Assembly (NCBI RefSeq): GCF_947568905.1
Contig: NC_079164.1
Coordinates: 12,710,001-12,774,000 of the forward strand
Direction of reading: 5' to 3'
DNA length: 64,000 bases
Origin: Ostrea edulis
Lineage: Eukaryota
The notes beneath the pieces were generated by a model, which did not search any database, had not been told where the DNA came from, and saw nothing but the letters and a program-made list of their open reading frames with translations. Positions 53,339 through 64,000 of the stretch are shown one piece after another (positions within the stretch are counted from its first letter, which is position 1; every line of letters begins with the position of its first letter). Made by a program: the position numbers and the translations under genes.

Positions 53339-56300
53339 GATGTGCAGTTCTAGAAAAAGATTTGTCATTTTTTGCCAAGTCCTTATGGCCCAGCACCCCT
53401 GAAATTTACAATTATGTCCCCCTTGCCCAAAGATGTTTAAGACTTCATTTGAAAAGAATTTGAAGGGTACTTATCCAGGAGAAGTTAAAAATGTTCAATT
53501 GTTAATGCATGAGATATGATGCACGATGATGGACACAGACCAATAGCAATAGGTCAGCATGAGTAACTCAAGTGATGCAATAGGACTCAGGTGCACTAAA
53601 AAACAACACAACAGTACTTGAACAAATCAAAATACATGTATTTCAAAATCATAGTCATAAATACACTAGATGCACCACACATCAGGTAATGTTTGCTTCG
53701 GGAATACCAGTACCATATTTGGCAGATTTTTCCAGAAGAAAAAGCAGTTTAAATTGGCATCACTTTGGCTTGGGCACATACACAGAATGTTACCCTTTTC
53801 AGTCTCTGCCATTTCACTATAATTCAATCAGTTTCCTTTGCTACGGATACACATATTCAACTAAAATTTGGTATGCATCATGAGAATATCCAGGTCAAGT
53901 TGGTTGAATAATTTTTTTAACGGAGTTGCGCCCCTTGGACTTGGGTTAACCCTAACCTAATTAAAATCAGACCTCTTTGATCTGCACTGTAAACTCTTAT
54001 GCAGAAGAAATCTGATTTTAATTAGATTGACCCTAACCCATGGACAATTCAGTTTCTGATCATTGTCTTAGTGAACTGAACTTCAGGATACAGATTCTTC
54101 ATGAGTAAACAAGGTCAATTTCGTATAGTGGCCAATTCAATTGTTTTTAGCAGAATTAGCCCTTTGGATTTAAAAGATTTCAAACAAATCAGTTTCCACT
54201 CATTATCTCCTGAAGTCATACAATAATATGGACATTTTGAATTGAAATTTGGGATACATACATGTAGATATAACATCTGATCCTATGTGTAGCGATAGTA
54301 GATGAGCGGATCAGAGGATCTAATTTTAATTAGATTGAAAATATTCAGGTCAACTTAATAAGAGGTTTCAGTCAGATAATTTGGCATAGTTATGCCCCTT
54401 GGACTAGATAATTTTTAAAAATTCAGTTTCTGCTCATCATCTCAAATATTATACATGTACATTTTGTATTGAAATTCAGGCTATAGATTTTTTATGAGAA
54501 TACACAGGTCAATTTCTTATGTGGCTCAGATCTAAAATTCTTTTCTAAGCGAATCAGAAAATCATATAATCTAAAAATTAAAGAAGCTGAAAATGAACTA
54601 AATGAAATTGAAATATTACACTCTAGTGAAATTGATATGAACAGAAAACGTTTCTTAGAGGAATCTTTATCAAACCTCATAAATGAGAAATCAAAGGGAG
54701 CGCAAATAAGATCACGGGCAAATTGGGTAGAAAAGGGTGAAAAAAATACTTCATACTTTTTAAGATTGGAGAATCAAAGGCAAACATGTAATACTATTAA
54801 ACAGCTAAGAAATGAAGATGATACTTTAACTACTGATAACGATGAAATATTACGCAAAATGAATGTTTTTTATGAAACTCTTTATAAATCTTACGATATT
54901 GAAGAAAATAAGATAGAAGAATATTTTTCCAATGTAAGTGTTGAAAATATCCTGAATGAAAATGATAGACAAATACTAGAACTATTCCCAACATTACAAG
55001 AGTTTTCAGATGCACTTTCTGCAATGAAAAATAATAAAAGCCCTGGTCTTGATGGACTACCAAGTGAGTTTTATAAAATGTTTTGGCCTAAACTTAAAAA
55101 ACATTTCTTTTCTACCATTCAAAAATCTTTTGATGATAATAAATTACCACTTTCTCAGAGATTGTCAGTTTTATCCATTATATACAAAAAAGGAGATAAA
55201 AATTTGCTAGAAAATTACAGACCAATTAGTTTGACTAACACTGACTACAAAATCATCGCATTTACTTTTGCAAGACGATTACAAAAAGTAATTAATAATT
55301 TAATATCAAATGACCAGTCTGCATATATTAAAGGTAGATTTATAGGATTAAACGCAAGAATAATAGCTGATATCTTTGAATATTGTGAAAATTGTAATGA
55401 GGACGGAATATTATTATTTCTTGATTTTCAAAAAGCTTTTGATTCAGTGGAATGGAATTTTATGTTTAAAGCACTTAAATCCTTTAATTTCGGTATTAAT
55501 TTCTTAAAGTGGCTGAACATTTTATATACAGAGCCTTTATTCAGAATGAAAAATAATGGGTGGACATCAAAAACCTGTAAAATGTCTCGGGGCATCCGTC
55601 AGGGGTGTCCCATTTCTGCTATAATATTTTTGTTTGTTACTGAAATTCTTGCAATTCAGATTAGAAAAAGCAATAGCATCAAAGGTATTAACATGGTTAA
55701 TAATGACAAAGATAATGAAATTAGAATTGTCCAACATGCAGATGACTGTACACTCCCTTTAAAAGATGAAGTCTCAATGAATAATGCTCTAGATATCATA
55801 AATAAATTTAGTTCCGTTTCGGGAATGATTCTTAACACATCCAAATCGGAAAGTATCTTAATGGGAAACCTAAAACATAATTATACGGATAATATTTGTG
55901 AAATAAATATAAATTCCTCTTGTGTAAAAACTTTAGGAATCTACATCGGTCATGATAAAACACTTTGTTATAAAAATAATATTTTGAATTGTATAAAAGA
56001 CATGGAAAAACTTTTTGAGGCTTGGAAAACAAGAAACCTCACTCTTTTTGGAAAAACTTGCGTGATCAACACGTTAGCTCTATCTAAGATTTTATATAGA
56101 ATCTCTGTTCTCTCTTTACCATGCAATGAAGAAATAAAAACAATGAATAGACTTATATTTAAAGAGACACTACAGCTCATTTTGCGCAAAAATCATGAAA
56201 TGACAATTTTCCTAGCGCTTTCTCAATTTTTGTTGCATTGTTGAAAGTATGAACTTTGCGAAAATAACACTTATCTAAAGTTAAAAATTATCGTTTTAAC

Positions 56301-59300
56301 GTAAAAAATTAATACTTTTTGATGGCCTATACACAAAATATCGAGTCTCCTCCTTTCAGTCTTCAGACGCATGCGCATAGACAGTAAACAGTGCAGCATG
56401 TCGTCCAGTGAGAGAAAGTGTAGTTGATAGATTCAGAATTTTGACAGATTCTGTGAGAAAAGAGGTAAAAATAGAATGAGATAAAACTCATACGTGAAAT
56501 AAAATCTACCTTGGTATCAGTTTGACAGTTGGAAAACAAAGAGCTTGGAGAAACCCATGTAACTCAGTGGCGGATCTAGGATTTCCGAAGGGGGTGTGAA
56601 AGTCAAAGATTAGCCACAGTAATCGGCCATTCTGGTGCAAAATTTGGATTTTCATTCACAATCTGTGGCGTAAAAAGGGAGGGGGGATCCTGCCCCCTCC
56701 CCCCCCTAAATCTGCCATTGAAACAAGCTGCGAAGACACTACTTTTAAAAGTAAGTGCTCTTTTTATCTGAACACAACACGTGTTAGTTGTAAAAACATC
56801 GGTCAATGGGAACATGGAAGGGTTTCTGTTGAAATAATGATTTATATAATTACTTATTTTAAGGAGCAGGGAATACTCTTATACTTGAAAGGTGAGTGTG
56901 GACCCCCTTGAAGGGGAATTTAAATAATTTCCTACACAACACCTTTGCTGTCATTCAAAACCACATGATGTAAATAAGCATTCAAAAGTCCGAGTCAGAA
57001 TGAAGAAACTTTTGAATTCCGAACGATCTTCAAAGCGCAGTTGCGAGTAAATTGATGCATCCCAATTGTTCAAAATTGTCAGTATCGATATGAATTTTAT
57101 CATTTTATCAATACATGTTTTAAAAAACACTTTATTAAAATGTGGAAAATGAGCTGTAGTGTCTCTTTAAGTTCCTATGGAATAAAACAGATCGTATAAA
57201 ACGAAATACTTTAATACGTAGCATTAATGAAGGAGGTATTGGTGCTGATAGACGTTGAGTCAAAATTAATGTCAATAAAAGCATCTTGGGTTGAAAAATT
57301 ACTAAATTCAAAGGGAAAATTAAAGTCATATGTAGAATCCTTATGTCTGAAAAATAATATTTACTTTAAATATATTCTAATTACCAATGAAACAGATTTG
57401 AAAAATTATGGCTTAAGGTGGGTCCTTAGTCCTGGATTTTTGGGGTTTAGGTAGCATTTTTTTGTTTGGAATCAATAAATTAACATTCAGAGAAATGAAA
57501 AAAGGCAAAACAGTTAAGGGTTTCCATATTAATTTTCATTACATACACCACTAAAGTCATATACCCCGATGTAGATTTTTATGAAATTCATTGGAAACAG
57601 TTATTTGTTGTTATTTTAATATAAAAACAACAAAATATTTTTTGAATTGCATTTATTTATCGGGAAACATGTCAATAACTAAAACACATGTCATTTTCAA
57701 TATGTTCATCAAGTTTTAGAAAAATATGTGCAAAATTATTGAATTAGCGTTATTCCCCAAAATGTTAAAAAACAAACAAATGTGGACGCATTTTCCTTAT
57801 AGCATGGTTTACATATCATTTTTTCTGTTTATATTAGTAGAGTTACATCTGTTATAGTTATTCATGGGGAAAAATCCATACCTTTCCTTAATAATTTCAA
57901 ATCTATAGCTTCCAGATTATGTATACCCCCATCAAAAACTGAAGTCTGGCACCATACAGCTGAGCTATTTAAATCACTCGGGATTAAAATTGTATGTAAT
58001 TTCATGAAAAAAACACAGATAATGATTCCTTATCACCTTGGTAAAATGTTTGTCAAAAATAAAGGAAATATACCGCATTATGGACTTGATAAATAATTGA
58101 ATGAAAACAGAGTTATTGTCCTTGGATTCAATATTTTGAAACATATAATTGACTATTCAAATATAACTAAGAATTTTGAAATATTTTATGGCTAACAAGA
58201 TTTTTTACAATAACTATTGAAAAAGATTCCAACAAAATTTATGTTCCTATCATTAAATTATTGACTTTGCAAAATCCTATGACGTCACACGAGTGTGGAA
58301 CTACGTTAATCAAAAACTTTCCAATTTTCTATCAACAAATTTTTATATGTTACAATAAATGTAAACAGAGACAAATGCATTTATCAGCTACAGAATTCTT
58401 ACAACAACCAATATGGAATTATAAATTATTCACATATAAAGGTAAGACACTATATTTCCCTGATTGGATTAAAAGTAATCTGCTCTATGTCAAAGATATA
58501 TGTGACTCAAGTGGTCTAAAACCTGCTAAATGGTTTCTTGATAATTTAAAATACAAAAGTAATTGGATTTGCCAATATAAGATTTTATATTCAGTCTTTA
58601 GAGAATTTATAAACAAATATGATCTTTCAATTGTTCCATTTATCACAAACTCTTCAATAATCCCTCGCTTGCAGTACGGTAACAAACTATTAGACTTAAG
58701 CAAAGGTATTTCAAAAATTTTTTACAAAATTTTATGCAATAAAAAATCACGTACACCTATTTATCAGTCATTCTATGAAAGAGAATTTCATATTCAGTGT
58801 AAATCATCATGGGTAAAAATATATAGACATAAAATTGCAAATATTTTTGATAAAAAGGTTGCAGAGTTCAACTATAAACTTCTGAACAACTTGCTCAGCA
58901 ATAATTTATTCTTAAGTAAATGCTGCCAAGATATAAGCAGTAAATGCAACTCATGTCCAAATGAAACAGAAAATTGTAAACATTTAATATTTGATTGTTC
59001 AAATGTCAAAGATATTTGGAATTTGATAAGTTCCTCATTAAAATTTGAAATTAGCTGAAAACATATTGTTATTGGCTTCTATCAGGAAACAAATGACAAA
59101 ATATCAGTTCTTAATATTTTAATTTCTTTCATTGCTTATCGTATATACAAATTCAAAATGTTATGTAGACTCAATAGCAAAAATGAAACACAAGAAAGAG
59201 TTAAACAACATATAAAATATGAATTGCTAACATATCATAAAGTACTTAAGAAATGTAACACTCATAACTCGAATTATATAGACATTATATTAGGAATTTC

Positions 59301-62300
59301 GGATAAACTTTAATAAAATTAAATCAATGTGTGAGACATTATCAGTATTGTAACATACTTTTAATTAATATACATATATTTCTTACTATTCATATGTCTG
59401 TATTTATTTGTAATCGATATGTTCACGTACAACATGTATTTAATTATGTAAATGTAGTTTTACGTATGATATAAATCCACCTCTACTGGGAGAAAATGGT
59501 CTCCCGGCTAGGCTGCCCTAGGGTCATCTCTGGACTCTAGTTTGTGTGTGTGTGGACCCTGAGGCAGCATGAGTGGTATTATGTTTTAAGAAAATCCCTA
59601 GCTTTATTATATTTAACATTATGGCATTGTTGTAATCTACTAACTCATTGTTACATTGATCATCATACAATATGAATACTGTATAACCTATATATTTAAA
59701 TGTCAACTATGACAATATTACTCTGACATGCAATGAAATTTATGTATTCAATGAATGTACATCTAAATTAGTTAATATGTACCCTGCGTGGTACTTTAGT
59801 AAAAACTTTGTTATATATTGAGGGAGTTTAGTCAGGGCCCCATCCCTGGCAGCTGCCCTATTATATTAGTTAGTTATTTTAAAATTGTTATAGAGTAGGC
59901 TCTGGGAAATAAATGAATATATATATATAAAAAAAAAAAAAAAAAAAAAAAAATCTTTGGCAGAGTTATGTCCCTTCAAGCAATATACAGTTTCTCCTCA
60001 TTATCTCCGACAGTCATACATGGATATCTTGAATTGAAATCTGGGATATATGAATATACATCATGAGAGTAAGCAAATCAAGTACTTGGCAGAGTTATGG
60101 TCCTTCACCAGGGCATCATATTGCTTCGTCACATCTAATTTTGGGTCGGAATTTTCATTCTATGTTATTACGATTTATGGATATAGTTGGAAATTTAAGA
60201 CATCTACCTAGTAATTTTTGTGAATTTTCAATGTCCAGCAAAAAAATCAACTTTCAAAAATTACCAAATATACTGTATACTTGTTTCAAATATTTTTAAA
60301 AAGAATTACATGTATGTGTAAGTGATATTTGAAGACAAATTTTAGTATAATACCTTTGTAATCCAGGTATGTCCATATACAAAACAATAAGAAATACTCT
60401 AAGTAGACTTTTTTTCTTTCGTGTGGTACATATTTTTGCAATATCCATGATTTTATGATAAATATCTAACATCAAAAAATCCTCATAGAGATGCACACCA
60501 ACACACATCTTTATCTTTTAACTTTTACCTGAGGAAATACATATAAGTATACAAATTTTTATGAAGCACGGACACTAATTCATAGACTCATGATATTACT
60601 ATACCTTGCTTGGTTTATCATCCTGTTCGAAGACTTTCTCCACCATTCTAATTCCTGTTTCCTGTCGGATCTGTAGCAGGTAGTTTCTCATAGTATCTGA
60701 AATCAGAGTCGATTATCAGATCAATACATAAGGCCTTAGTAAGGATAATTCTATGGTATAATTATACATGTAGAACTGATTAATCATGAGATTTTACTTA
60801 CTGCAGATATAAAATCTTTGTCAGGTGGACAGAAAAAGTACAAGTATGTCTTAAGAGATGGTAAAATTTTCATAGCAATCAAGGTGGCTCACTACACCTT
60901 AAAAGAGTTTTTTTTTAAAATCAGCACGAAATATTCAATTATGAAAGATATGATGATAAGTAAAAAGTGTATATGTCAAAAAGACAAAAAATTATGCAAT
61001 TTTGGATAAAATAAACATGTCTTTCAATAATTTATTTCAATAAATAACACAAAAGGCACAGGCGGATTGAACTTGAGATCTGTGGTTCAGTAACCCAATA
61101 CCTTATCCACTGAGTTACCATGATATACAAACAAACAAATCACTCAATACAAATAATTATATTAACAAAATATTGAAATCATCTTATGACAAAGTACTAT
61201 AAAAAGTATAAGTCTCAGTGTTATGAGCCACCCTAAGAAGGAAATTTCAATCTTGGGGCATTTCTTTAATCCTCACATTGGATATGCTACAGTATACATG
61301 TATATTGGTATAATTGCCCTGACACAATTCAATTCACTTGTGAGGAGTATCCGTGGGTTTCTTCTAAATTTAGTTCCATGGTTACCATATTATCACTTCT
61401 GACACATGCAAAGTATAAATTTGTCTACAGAAATAATTACAAATATATTTAATTATAGATATACTCAATACTTAACCCTCTTCTGCTCTGCTGGCTGGTA
61501 TATTTAATTATAGATATACTCAATACTTGACCCTCTTCTGCTCTGCTGGCGGGTTTTAATTATAGATATACTCAATACTTAACCCTCTTCTGCTCTGCTG
61601 GAGGGTTTTAATTATAGATATACTCAATACTTAACCCTCTTCTGCTCTGCTGGAGGGTTTTAATTATAGATATACTCAATACTTAACCCTCTTCTGCTCT
61701 GCTGGCTGGTTTTGTGAACATGGCATTCAGTGGAAACTTGGGTTCTCCTGGGATGGGGAAGTTAAGTAATCCTAATGTGTACATTTCTTTAGTGGCAGCA
61801 GACTTCGATGAACACTAGAAAAAATATAACAATAAAAAATGTTAAAAGTTTTATAAAATATGTTACAGTAAATATCTGCTGTGATCTTTACAATTTCAAA
61901 TCTGTGCATACTTCACTTGACATCAAAAGTTTTTACTTGATAATATATAGGGTTTGATTTTTTAAAGCATATAGCTTGATAGTCCACCATCACTAGGTTG
62001 AATATAAAACTAAGTTGGAAGTAACTATGTTGAATAGTTTGATAATTTAATAATGAAAGTTGGTCTTTGCAATATCATTGAACACATTTTGGATGATTAC
62101 CTTCTGTAATTTCTTGAGACATTCGCTGATATATAATGTAATATATATAAGTGTTCTGTCAGCCTCACTCTGAAATCATTACAAAACACATGTATATATA
62201 TATCAATGTTACCTGAAATTAATTCTACATACATAATAAGTACTAATTGAGGTCATATGTGATGTTTTCATCATTTTTTAAAAAGACTAATTTTTCACCT

Positions 62301-63404
62301 TCTCAATATGAAGAGTTGTATGATTTCCCCAAAAGGTTTGAATTTTATATAGTAGTAATATTACTATACTTAGTATATCAGCCTGGTTAGCACAGATATT
62401 AGAACACCTAACTAGTAATGCAATGGTCTCAGGTTCGATCTCCGATTTATCCAAAGATTTTTCTCCCCTAGCTTCTTTGCTACAATAACTTTATAGTAAT
62501 GTCCACATATTATATACCTTTTGTAATACATATTAAAGAGTTGATTTTACATTTTTACTTGCCACAACCAGGAACTATCAAAATATGCTAACTCTACAAC
62601 AGACCTGGTAATATATCCCAACCACTTTTGTAGAAGCAAGATAGGATACAAACATGTGAATTATACCTGAAATGTCATGATAAATTATGCTATTCAGAAA
62701 TGTAGCATATGACCTTAATATGACTACAATATTTAACATGTCAAAATAATCAAAATTAAAACTCAATTCTATATAAATAAATATTGCTTTAAGCATGTTT
62801 AGTCTTTGGTTACATTCATTCACTAAAGTTTTGAATGAATGCTTTCTTGTTGATAAACTCTTATAAGATGTGTTGCTCTTGGTTTAATCTATTGTAAGAG
62901 TATCTATTCAAAGTAAATTAAATTAATTTTGAATCACTGCATGCAACATAAAATACTAGGCCTTGTAGCACAAAATAAAACACTTACCTTAATTTCATAA
63001 TTCCTAAAGAATATATTGGCTTTGAAGTAGTATATAGCTTCATCAATGATGTCAAAATCTGAAGCTACAGAGGAAAATTTTTTATAAGAAAAACATTATA
63101 TAAATGGTTAAACAAGAGAAGACATTCAAGTACTGTATATTCTTTAGATCTATCACGTTTTCTTACTTTCTCGGGGGGCAGGGCCTTTATATGATGTCCG
63201 TAGAGGCATTAGAGCCATGTTTCCAATCAGTTTTGGAGGATCTGTGAATTTGGAGTGATACGCCTGGAAAAAAAAATTGACACAGATATTACAGATCAAT
63301 CTTAAAATATTTTGAATTGATACGATTTTTGAGACAAAAATCATAAAAAGAGAACAAATCTGATATTTCGTTTTGATACGAGTGAAAATGATGCTAACTG
63401 GCAT
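52726..63404 (-). CDS. ARPC3: Actin-related protein 2/3 complex subunit 3 (p21-ARC), 176 aa
   Basis: Exons 63404-63399 (MP), 63263-63167, 63064-62988, 62169-62101, 61814-61688, 60696-60605 and 52788-52726 total 531 nt, in frame. Sequence reads MPAYHSKF...[12 protein letters not shown]...[16 protein letters not shown]...[14 protein letters not shown]...[16 protein letters not shown]. Confidence 0.96.
52862..53602 (+). mobile_element. HINE-like element in ARPC3 last intron
   Basis: 5' end AACTAAAGGCCCACAGGCCTTATCAGTCACCTGAG; 3' end GACCAATAGCAATAGGTCA...ACTCAGGTGCACTAAAAA. Confidence 0.55.
56163..57166. mobile_element. TTAA-target non-autonomous DNA transposon (Kolobok-like MITE) inserted in the LINE
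   Basis: TTAA at 56159-62 and 57167-70. Perfect TIR AGAGACACTACAGCTCATTTT / AAAATGAGCTGTAGTGTCTCT. Excision restores the LINE frame (IFKFLWNK). Contains a nested CAGTGGCGGAT...ATCTGCCATTG mini-element at 56565-56720. Confidence 0.88.
57417..58305. mobile_element. Second TTAA-target MITE inserted in the LINE
   Basis: TTAA at 57413-16 and 58306-09, with degenerate TIRs. Excision fuses ...KNYGL to [10 protein letters not shown] in frame. Confidence 0.8.
60883..61232. mobile_element. TTAA-type MITE carrying an internal tRNA-like module
   Basis: Ends GGTGGCTCA / TGAGCCACC with degenerate TTAA flanks. A minus-strand tRNA-like A/B-box segment lies at ~61060-61118. Confidence 0.55.
61445..61706. 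repeat. Tandem repeat, 5 x 52-55 bp, overlapping ARPC3 exon 5 donor
   Basis: Unit TTTAATTATAGATATACTCAATACTTAACCCTCTTCTGCTCTGCTGG(AGGGT). Confidence 0.93.
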
Positions 63405-63771
63405 GGTTTCTGTGTAGATTCTGTAGTCAGTGTATTTCCCTGTTGTTCCACCCTTCTTCCGTGTAAGACCGCCACTATCAATGATAAAAAAAATATCTAA
63501 GAATATCAAAAAGTTTTCAAGTTGTTAAGTAAATAGTATGTGATAAGAATCGAAGGTTTTTAATCACTCACATGCAATCCGCTCTAATACAAGCAAAGAT
63601 ATATATATATATTTTAAAGTTTGTTTTTACGTATGTAAGCGATTGAATTCTACATCATTTGTGCGCTTTATTTCTAGTGCGTTGTAAACTGGAATTAGAA
63701 AGAGAAAAAGTGACATTGAATGTGGTTTCAATGTGTGTTTGACTGAAGTCTGTTTTTACCTTGAATTAAAA
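63405..63771. promoter_or_regulatory. Candidate bidirectional promoter between ARPC3 and GPN3
   Basis: The divergent start codons are only 367 bp apart. No individual motifs were assigned. Confidence 0.6.
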
Positions 63772-63819
63772 ATGCCACGATACGGACAGCTTGTCATGGG
63801 CCCGGCAGGGAGCGGAAAG
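63772..63819 (+). CDS. GPN3: GPN-loop GTPase 3, first coding exon (gene continues beyond window)
   Basis: ATG...MPRYGQLVMGPAGSGK followed by a GTAATT donor. This matches the recognisable GPN3 N-terminus with the start of the P-loop. Confidence 0.88.
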
Positions 63820-64000
63820 GTAATTTAACTTCCTATATAATCCTGGGTGCAGGACGGAACGCACCAGAACGTTTCGTATTAATTTCATAGACTTATAGTT
63901 AAATTCCTGACATATGTGCATGAATATGTGGCAGTGTAATGAAAGTGGCGATAAACATTGGTCGGCAATGATTGAAAAATTAACTATATTTATTAAAGTG

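Larger units (their letters stand above)
54535..59952 (+). mobile_element. 5'-truncated L1/Tx1-like non-LTR retrotransposon (ORF2 RT + C-terminal zinc knuckle), inactivated, in ARPC3 last intron (antisense)
   Basis: RT motifs [32 protein letters not shown] and QHADD (54637-56162). The ORF continues at 57171-57416 and 58310-59313, including CNSC...HLIFDC. A 3' UTR and poly(A) follow at ~59928-59952. Lesions: two insertions, one frameshift near 57244, and a TGA at 59056. No endonuclease domain is present and no TSD was resolved. Confidence 0.92.

Overview
AT-rich, repeat-dense eukaryotic genomic DNA, most likely a bivalve and probably an oyster. This is inferred from the HINE/CvA-like, TRIM and SINE repeat types and was not database-checked. 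Exon structures, assembled by hand from splice signals and protein recognition: TIMM22 (-, exons 1-3; the last exon probably starts just left of base 1), a Myb/SANT-like Harbinger-type DNA-binding gene (-, first intron GC-AG), PPP4C (-, 8 coding exons, 305 aa), flotillin-2 (+, 9 exons, 425 aa), ARPC3 (-, 7 exons, 176 aa), and the first coding exon of GPN3 (+), head-to-head with ARPC3. ARPC3's last intron holds a 5'-truncated L1/Tx1-like LINE split by two TTAA-target MITEs. The most striking unexplained pattern: six tandem duplications or minisatellites in all four fully or mostly resolved conserved genes are built from, or start exactly at, a genuine exon-intron junction. They create arrays of decoy splice donors or acceptors inside the introns. 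Also notable are a TRIM with tRNA-like LTRs and a tRNA-His-type PBS, a foldback element with a 6-bp TSD, and a perfect 45-bp-stem hairpin.
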